NCBI GenBank assembly: GCA_032718475.1
Contig: JAUCBJ010003122.1
Coordinates: 1 to 64,000 of the forward strand
Source of the DNA: Nemertoderma westbladi
Lineage: Eukaryota > Animalia > Xenacoelomorpha
Direction: 5' to 3'
Length of the DNA stretch: 64,000 bases
Part shown: positions 56,394 through 64,000 of the stretch, piece by piece
Layout: every line of letters starts with the position of its first letter
How positions within the stretch are numbered: the first letter of the stretch is position 1
Notes under the pieces: generated by a model
Told to the model about the DNA's origin: nothing
Databases searched by the model: none
Seen by the model: only the letters and a program-made list of their open reading frames with translations
Program-made: the position numbers and the translations under genes

Positions 56394-58070
56394 TTCAATA
56401 TTATTGACTCCATTTAGCGCGATTCTAATTTAGATTCATATTTTTGATGTTGTTGAATTTTATATAAAATTTTATATAAATGTTTAATGTATTTTATTGA
56501 GATACCGGAAGTATCTCAGATAATCGGTTTCACCTTTGCAATGTGTACGGTGAAGGGATTGATTTATATTAGATATTAGGTAAGGCATTGCGAAGGGGGG
56601 TTTATATATTAATTGTCGTTTGTTTGATTAAAGTTTGGAGTTAATATTTAATTGTGATTTCCCTGTTTTAATAAATAGGATAAAGAATTTGGTTAGTTTC
56701 AGTTTAAGAGGATAATAATTCGGTTAGTTTCAGTTTAATAGGATAAATAATTTTGTTGGTTTCAGTTTAAGAGGATAAAGAATTTGGTTAGTTTCAGTTT
56801 AAGAGGATAAGGAATTCGGTTAGTTTCAGTTTAAGAGGATAAATAATTTGGTTAGTTTCAGTTTAAGAGGATAATAATTCGGTTAGTTTCAGTTTAAGAG
56901 GATAAATAATTTGTTTTGTTTCAGTTTAAGAGGATAAGGAATTCGGTTAGTTTCAGTTTAATAGGATAAATAATTTTGTTGGTTTTAGTTTAATGGGATA
57001 AATAATTTTGTTGGTTTCAGTTTAAGAGGATAAAGAATTGGGTTAGTTTCAGTTTAAGAGGATAAGGAATTTGGTTAGTTTCAGTTTAAGAGGATAATAA
57101 TTCGCTTAGTTTCAGTGTAAGAGGATAAATAATTTGTTTAGTTTCAGTTTAATAGGATAAATAATTTTGTTGGTTTCAGTTTAAGAGGATAAAGAATTTG
57201 GTTAGTTTCAGTTTAAGGAGATAAAGAATTTGGTTAGTTTCAGTTTAAGAGGATAATAATTCGCTTAGTTTCAGTGTAAGAGGATAAATAATTTGTTTAG
57301 TTTCAGTTTAATAGGATAAATAATTTTGTTGGTTTCAGTTTAAGAGGATAAGGAATTCGGTTAGTTTCAGTTTAATAGGATAAATAATTTTGTTGGTTTT
57401 AGTTTAATAGGATAAATAATTTTGTTGGTTTCAGTTTAAGAGGATAAATAATTTGTTTAGTTTCAGTTTAAGAGGATAAGGAATTTGGTTAGTTTCAGTT
57501 TAATAGGATAAATAATTTTCTTGGTTTCAGTTTAATAGGATAAATAATTTTGTTGGTTTCAGTTTAAGAGGATAAAGAATTTGTTAGTTTCAGTTTAAGA
57601 GGATAATAATTTGGTTAGTTTCAGTTTAAAAGGATAATAATTCGGTTAGTTTCAGTTAAGAGGATAAATAATTTGTTTAGCTTCAGTTTAAGAGGATAAG
57701 GAATTCGGTTAGTTTCAGTTTAATAGGATAAAAAATTTGGTTAGTTTCAGTTTAAGAGGATAATAATTCAGTTAGTTTCAGTTTAAGAGGATAAATAATT
57801 TGTTTACTTTCAGTTTAAGAGGAGAAGGAATTCGGTTGGTTTCAGTTTAATAGGGTAAAGAATTTGGTTAGTTTCAGTTTAATAGGATAAATAATTTGGT
57901 TAGTTTCAGTTTAAGAGGATAAAGAATTTGGTTAGTTTCAGTTTAAGAGGATAAAGTATTGGGTGAGTTTTAGTTTCAACTTTGGTTGGTAAATAACAAG
58001 ACGCCTTGTGTTTATATCATTATTAAGTGATGTACTGCGTCCACTGTAACTATTATCTAATCGTCCGCAG

Positions 58071-58228
58071 GTAAACAGGTATCCCAGGCTCGTCCGACGT
58101 ACCTTCAGCTAGACAAACTTCCCAACACACAACCCGGTGGACGAATGCAAAGCGAAATATCTCGACTGCAAACCCAGGCCCGAGAGACTTCCATAAAGCT
58201 AAAGGCAATTCTCGAAGATCCATCGCAG
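58071..58228 (+). CDS. LZTFL1: LZTFL1-like exon 5
   Basis: TCCGCAG| acceptor, phase 1 matching exon 4; LQLDKLPNTQPGGRMQSEISRLQTQARETSIKLKAI aligns to KLAPLNEGGTAELLNKEILRLQEENEKLKSRLKTI; donor CAG|GTAATA. Confidence 0.82.
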
Positions 58229-58726
58229 GTAATATGAGAACTTTGTGTTTGTTTCGTACCGCAATTTGTTATAACATTCACTGACACGTATTTAATATAA
58301 ATATATATTCATGAATTAAAATTTGTGATATAGGCGGTACAGTGAACGAACGTGGTCGAAAAATGGGAGGAAAAGCGGTTATCGGATAAATTAATGTCCG
58401 AAGAAACAGTAAACAATGGATCATGTCCTTTTATTGTTAAAGTTTAGGGTGTCGTTTACAGCCAGCTTACTGCGAAAGTTAGGATGTTTCTGCCACGTTT
58501 ATACCCCCATAAAAAATAATTGTTTAGATGATAAATACGGTAATATTATATCTGATAGTGTATCATATGTGTTTAAATACACAACATGTGCCATGGAATC
58601 TTGATTCTTTTCGCTAACTGAGTTCCTAACCATTATTGTGCACAGATATTTAGTGGAGTGAGAGGGGGGGACTGAGTTGCTAACCATTGTGCACAGAATC
58701 GCGATTATTGTTAAAATGTAATTATA

Positions 58727-61013
58727 ATACTACTACTAGGGTCTACTATAGAGGTACTACTACTACTAGGTCGAGCGAGCTCGGATTGTGGAAATGAGAT
58801 TCTCCATAGTTGTCGCAATTTCGTTTCTCCCAAGTTCAGTATCCCTTTCAAATTGATCTATATATGTTATGGCCAGTCGTCCACGACTACGCTTTCTATG
58901 AGTTGGTTGCCAGAGAAGTAGATCTGGTATGACCTCGTCTTTACTTCGCCAGCAGTGCCCACTGAATCTTAATCTGCGTTCACGGAGGGTGGTTGATTCA
59001 GGTGGTATTGTACCATAAAGCTCGGCGTTTGTCATGTGTTGTCTCCAGCTGATGTTTAGGGCTGCCCTTAGTAGTCTTGTGTAGCAACCATCAATACGTT
59101 GTTCAAGTGATTTAGTCAGTGTCCAGGTCTCACCCCCGTATAAAAATACACTTTCCACTGTGGCTCGAAAGAACTTAGTCTTCAGGTGCCTGGAGAGATC
59201 TGATTTCCAGATGGTATCCATTTTTGATAGAGCTACCCAAGCCTTTGCTTTCCTAACTTCAATGTCCTTTTTGCTACTCTCTATCCATGATCCAAGGTAC
59301 TGGAAGTCATCGACCTTCCTTAGTTGATTATTATCAATGGTTGTCAAGTTTCCATCAACATTAAAGGTCATGAATTCGGTCTTTGTAGCATTTATATGCA
59401 ATCCAACCTCCTTAGCAGCCCTCTCCACTTTATTTAGTAGAAGCTGTGCATCTGCAAGCGTATTAGAGAGCAGGGCGATGTCATCCGCAAAGTCGGTGTC
59501 TCTGACTGTAGTTGCCGGATATCTACTACTTCTGCGTTCTTGAAATCTTCAGATCTTCACCTTTTGTGGCCGTCCTCATTGCGTAATCCAGCACAATTAC
59601 AAATAGTAATGGTGCTAATGTGTCACCTTGCAGTACGCCAGCCAGGATTGAGAAAAACTCAGTTTCACCATCTGGTGAGAGTACCTGCGCTTCTGTGTCA
59701 CAATATAACAATCCAATGCTGCAACAATTACTTCTGGTATTCCATAAGCTCTTAGGATTTCAAGCATTTTACCTCTATGGATGGAGTCGAATGCCTTCTT
59801 GAAGTCCACAAAAGTTATGACTGCGGGGAGATTCTTTGACTTAATTCGTTCAATCAGTCTCCGTAGTGCAAGTATCTGAGCTATTGTTGATCTACTTGGT
59901 CGAAATCCGTTTTGGCTCTTACGCAGTAGTTTCTCTATGTGAGGCCTAATCCTATATAGAATCATTTTATTGTATATTTTGGCAGCTACCACAAGCAGAC
60001 AGATCCCACAATAGTTTGTTGGTATGCCGAGGTCTCCTTTCTTGGGGAGAGGCTTTAGTTGACCTTTAGTCCAAATTGGTGGTGGCTTTTCCCCTTTTAA
60101 CATCCGGTTGCAAACATTCAATAATGGTCTGTTTAGCACTCCGGTTTTCCATACCTCCGCTGGGATGTCATCTAATCCACTCGCTTTATTATTGGACATG
60201 CTTTTGATGCTTCTTTGGAGTTCGGCAGGTGTGAAGTCCCCTTCTATAGGTAGTGTCTTGTCATATATTTTCCTTGTAGGGCTGACCTCGATGTTTGGTG
60301 GCTGCCCAAGCAAGTTACTGAAGTGATTTTTCCACTTCCCAACACGTTCTTCAGGACTATCGGCTTTGAGGCGCCCCTTTGCACAACTTTTCCGACCAGA
60401 TACCTCATTTACAGTTTGCCAGCTAAGTCTTGATTGTTGCTGAATGTGAGCAGTTGTAATTGCTTTAGTTTTATCCTATATGTACTTTTCCTGGCTGATG
60501 TTGTAGGCCAATTTAAGATCGTCCTTAGCTTTCTCAACCTTGTTAATGTTTTCGGTTGTTGGTTGTTCGGTTTTAACTTTGTAGGCTATCATAAGATCTT
60601 CTCTCTTACAAGTAACCTCAGAGTTTTGCCATGGCACATACTGTTTTCGTTTGGGTTTCTGGGGGATATGCCTCTTAGCTGATTCCTTGTGGGCTGTTAT
60701 TATATTCTGGTATATTGAATTGGTGGATTGGTCTTCATCCATTGACTGAAGTTCTTCAAAGCGGTTTTTAACTTCTGCTGTATAAGCTTCCTTTACAGCA
60801 TTGTCAGTTCTGAGTTTCTCCCAGTCATATTTGATTTGCTTGCTTGTCCTGGGTTTGCTGGCTCTCAAACTGAGACTGATCTCTGCAGTCACAATTCTGT
60901 GGTCCGAACCAATTAGGTTGAACGAGCTGTATGCCTCACAGTTGATCATGCTGTTTCTCTACTTTTTGTTTATAAGGATGTAATCCAGTTGTGCTTTGGT
61001 TCCATTAGGGTAT
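58727..61013 (-). mobile_element. 5'-truncated, frameshifted RTE-type non-LTR retrotransposon
   Basis: End of APE (QLDYIL, SDHR), QNGFR, FVDFKKAFDS, LQGDTLAP, FADD, FQYLGS, RSRGR..TYID spread over several minus-strand frames; (TAG)n tail at ~58727-58768. Confidence 0.92.
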
Positions 61014-62243
61014 TGTGTTCGCGCTTTTAAGACCTTTGGCAGTTTAACCCGCCAAATCTATATGTCTTCTAGGTTATAAATCGACTTTAGCCTATGACAA
61101 GTATTTGACACAAATAAATCCAACATTAGCCGAAGCCAGTCTATGCGCGACCATTCACCCGCTGGATATACCCGGGAGACTGGATTCGGATGCTTTAATT
61201 TGATTGCGGTGCAGGCCTACCGTACTATTCGATTGATCGTTAATATAATTCCTGACAAATATCATTCACTTTCGGGAGATATTAGCAGTTCCTTTAGGAC
61301 GTGGCGCTCTATCTATATAAACCGAGCTATGGCTTACACTAAACACAACGGAATGGATTATAAGTTACACATAAGGCGCATTCTTTAGGAGATGCTTTGT
61401 TACGCGGACAAGCACATACAGACTATTGCACACCGCTGCACACTGAATTGCCGATAGTCACTGATTTTAATCATATATAAAGAGAATAGCAACCGACATT
61501 TGTAGGGCCTATAAAATAGCATTCAATTCACTACAAACCACGATAATATAAGTCGCAATTGCTATATGTAGCCGGTCTCTCTAACCTTAGTGTATCAAGA
61601 AGATCGGGGTTTCTGATCGTTTATCGTTATTCTCCAAATAACAATATGTAAACGAATGATACATTTAATAACAAACAGCAAATAGCAGTAAATAATGTGC
61701 AATTACCGTAAATTACCGCAATTAAATAAAATTACCGCAATTAATGTACCGTTATGTGTTCTTAGTGTCTCGTACCGCTGTACCGTGCCGGTAACAGTTA
61801 TGTGTTCTTATAATTAAAGCCGTTCTAATGTTGGAATAATTCAGAATAATTCCATAGCCGATGTTCATGGCATCAGGAAAACCAACACACTGAACCCTGT
61901 GAGCTGTTGCAGGTAGCTTTCAACACAAAGAGGAAAAGCTCTCATTGGCAGAGTTCCAGTTTCTATAAGTTCCATGAATGTCTAAATGCCAAACCTCCAT
62001 AGCCTTTGCAGCCCATAGCCAACACAAGGCTAAATCGCTCTGATTGGTCGATCATTGTTCTGATTGGTTAATAGAACAGAACAAAGAGGCCATGCGTACA
62101 GCAAATCAGCCAACCAGCGGGCGGATTGTGCCACTAGAAGCAACAGTTTAGAGGATTTGAGCGAATGGGGGAAAACTGGATTACAAATGGAAAAGGCCAG
62201 TTATATCCCCAAAAGCTTTTACACCGCTCCCAGAAAATGGGAT

Positions 62244-63847
62244 TTAATTATATAAAATATAAAAAATCACAGTTTCTAAAATATAAAAATACTCTAAACA
62301 GTTAGTCTTTCTTGCGCGGACGGCGTTTACGCAGTTTCTTGAGGCTAGCAAGAGTCCTTTTCTCTTTAGGGCGAGCCACTTTACTAGGAGGGCTATAACT
62401 CCTGGGTGAAGGGTGCAATACAATTGCATCAGAAGGTTTAAGGTTACGGTCGGTGTCTCGTCCATTTCGATATGCTTCTCCTCGAGCTGATTTTCCTCCG
62501 CTTGTCGTTGGATACGTTCGTCCAAAACTCTCGCAGAGAATAGGGTTGTCTAAGTTCGATATCTTCTTAAAGATTCTGGATTTCCCGATCGAACTGAGAT
62601 ATGGTTACTTTGTTTACCGCTTGGACTTGCTAGTGCAATTTACGTTTACCTGAACAAGCGTAAGTTCCTTTTCTGATCTTTGTAGAATAGCGTCTAACTC
62701 ATTTGGTACAACGCTCTCCGCCACTTTGGTGACAGGTTATATCGTGTTAAGCCGGGACGATGGTAAGGGTTAAACGGCGATATTAAATGTCCGCGTCCCA
62801 ATCCGGCTAGGTAGGATGGGCTAATATCTAGGAAGCCCACAACCGGGGTGCCACCGACTAATCGTTCAGGTAACACTAGATCTTTGAGTAGTGAGTACAG
62901 CTGGGGAGGATCCGTCATACTAATAGGATCAAGAGTCTGAGGTCTCACTAGGGAATGAGGAGATCTGATCGAGTATTCCGAAACTCTGATCATTGGTTTA
63001 TTTAAGGATCGTCTGAGTCGAACGAGCGTAGGTGATACATCGAACAAGTTTCGCTCGAAACTCCCGTAAATATAGCGAGTAAAACCGTGTTTAAAGCAAC
63101 GTCTCCGCGGATGTTTATGTCTTTCCGTTTGTTGGTTGGGTCTTGGGCATTCATCGCAACAATACCAAAAACGCACGTCTTGTAGGGGAAACGCGAGTGA
63201 TCTTTCTCCAGCTTACAATATTCCTCCATCCGTTCGAAGCTATCCGGTACAACAGGTAGCGGTCGATCGGCGGTTAGATACATCATAGTGGAATAGAGCC
63301 GTTTGAGTTCTACCATGCGGTCATGATGTATACCTTGAGGATATCGAGTTTCTAGATTCTGTTGACTGGTAATATCGAGATAGGTTTCTCTCAAGAATTC
63401 CAGGTATTTGGTGAAGTCGCTGCGTTTATCCGGCTCTTCAACATCTGCACTTTCGAGTCGGTTTCGAATAGAATTTTCGTGTTCGAGTCTCAGTTTATCG
63501 TTCCGCTTCCGCTGGGTATGATATTTAAATAAAACCATTTCCCTTTTGGTGTCTATATCGTTCGTATCGTGTAGGTCGATAGGATGACCAGTAGTTAAGA
63601 AGTCCATATACGTACCATTACGATGCGTATAGCGAGCGGTGAATTTTCTACAGTCCAATTCACGCGTAAGTTGCTTCCTGGGACATTGGCGGTTCGATAT
63701 AACGACCATCGTCCTCCGTAGTAGTTGGACCAGCGTCGCCGCGTATCAAGCTATCAACAAACGCTTGTAAAGGTAGAGTATATCGCTCCCTGATACCAAG
63801 ATCATCTTCTATCAACTCAATCATATCTGCTATATAAGTTTATCCAT
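62244..63847 (-). pseudogene. Unidentified decayed intronless ORF (possibly viral or transposon-borne)
   Basis: Consecutive long minus-strand frames (63002-63709, 62694-63176, 62244-62525) linked by apparent frameshifts, higher GC than flanks; no recognisable motif. Confidence 0.35.
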
Positions 63848-64000
63848 ATTATAATGAGTTTATATTTAGGCGAGCGGGCGTCGCTGCCTACCCCTCTCTG
63901 CCCCCGGACAGTGTGAGATCCTCAGCGCTGGTGTACTTTCGCCGATGTGCCTATCGCCAACGTCGTAGCTGCACAACGACTACAACAACCAGCACGAGTC

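Larger units (their letters stand above)
52746..56673 (+). mobile_element. Compact Ty3/Gypsy LTR retrotransposon (3.9 kb)
   Basis: ~200-bp LTRs at 52746-52948 and ~56474-56673 (about 6 differences); 5-bp TSD AATAG (52741-52745, 56674-56678); PBS TGGCGCAGTG at 52950; PR-RT-RH-IN domain order. Confidence 0.96.
29581..57978. repeat. ~32-bp (31/32) satellite array, roughly 700 monomers, consensus GAGGATAARKAATTYGGTTAGTTTCAGTTTAA, filling LZTFL1 intron 4
   Basis: Continuous tandem array interrupted only by two MITEs and one LTR element; about 23 kb of satellite after subtracting them; monomers more degenerate at both edges. Confidence 0.98.

Noticed and set aside
29581-57978. CRISPR-like appearance (constant ~22 nt plus variable ~10 nt)
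   Set aside because: Variable parts are a few related variants reused hundreds of times, not unique spacers; no cas genes; eukaryotic intron context.

Overview
AT-rich, repeat-dense animal (probably marine invertebrate) genomic DNA; nothing here is prokaryotic or CRISPR. Three host genes can be reconstructed. (1) A 5-exon + strand gene (9659-24497) encodes a 318-aa secreted protein of unknown function whose C-terminal half resembles bacterial hypothetical proteins. (2) An intronless TAF2 (15943-20094, - strand) is nested in intron 2 of that gene and carries 30 tandem DGSRRTSPNR repeats. (3) An LZTFL1/BBS17-like gene (26194-58228+) has a 28.5-kb intron 4 made almost entirely of a ~32-bp satellite. 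The most striking observation is that the satellite monomer is the gene's own exon 4/intron 4 junction (16 nt exon + GTTAGT donor + intron start), amplified roughly 700-fold with higher-order structure. The array also holds two copies of a TTAA-TSD (Kolobok-type) MITE with a CTCF-like motif and a compact Gypsy LTR element. The rest includes a CR1/L2-group LINE with a 2A-like NPGP motif, a 5'-truncated RTE-type LINE, a tRNA/Deu-domain SINE, several MITEs, probable transposon footprints and an unidentified decayed ORF. Gene models come from GT-AG sites, phase matching and recalled homology, not database searches.
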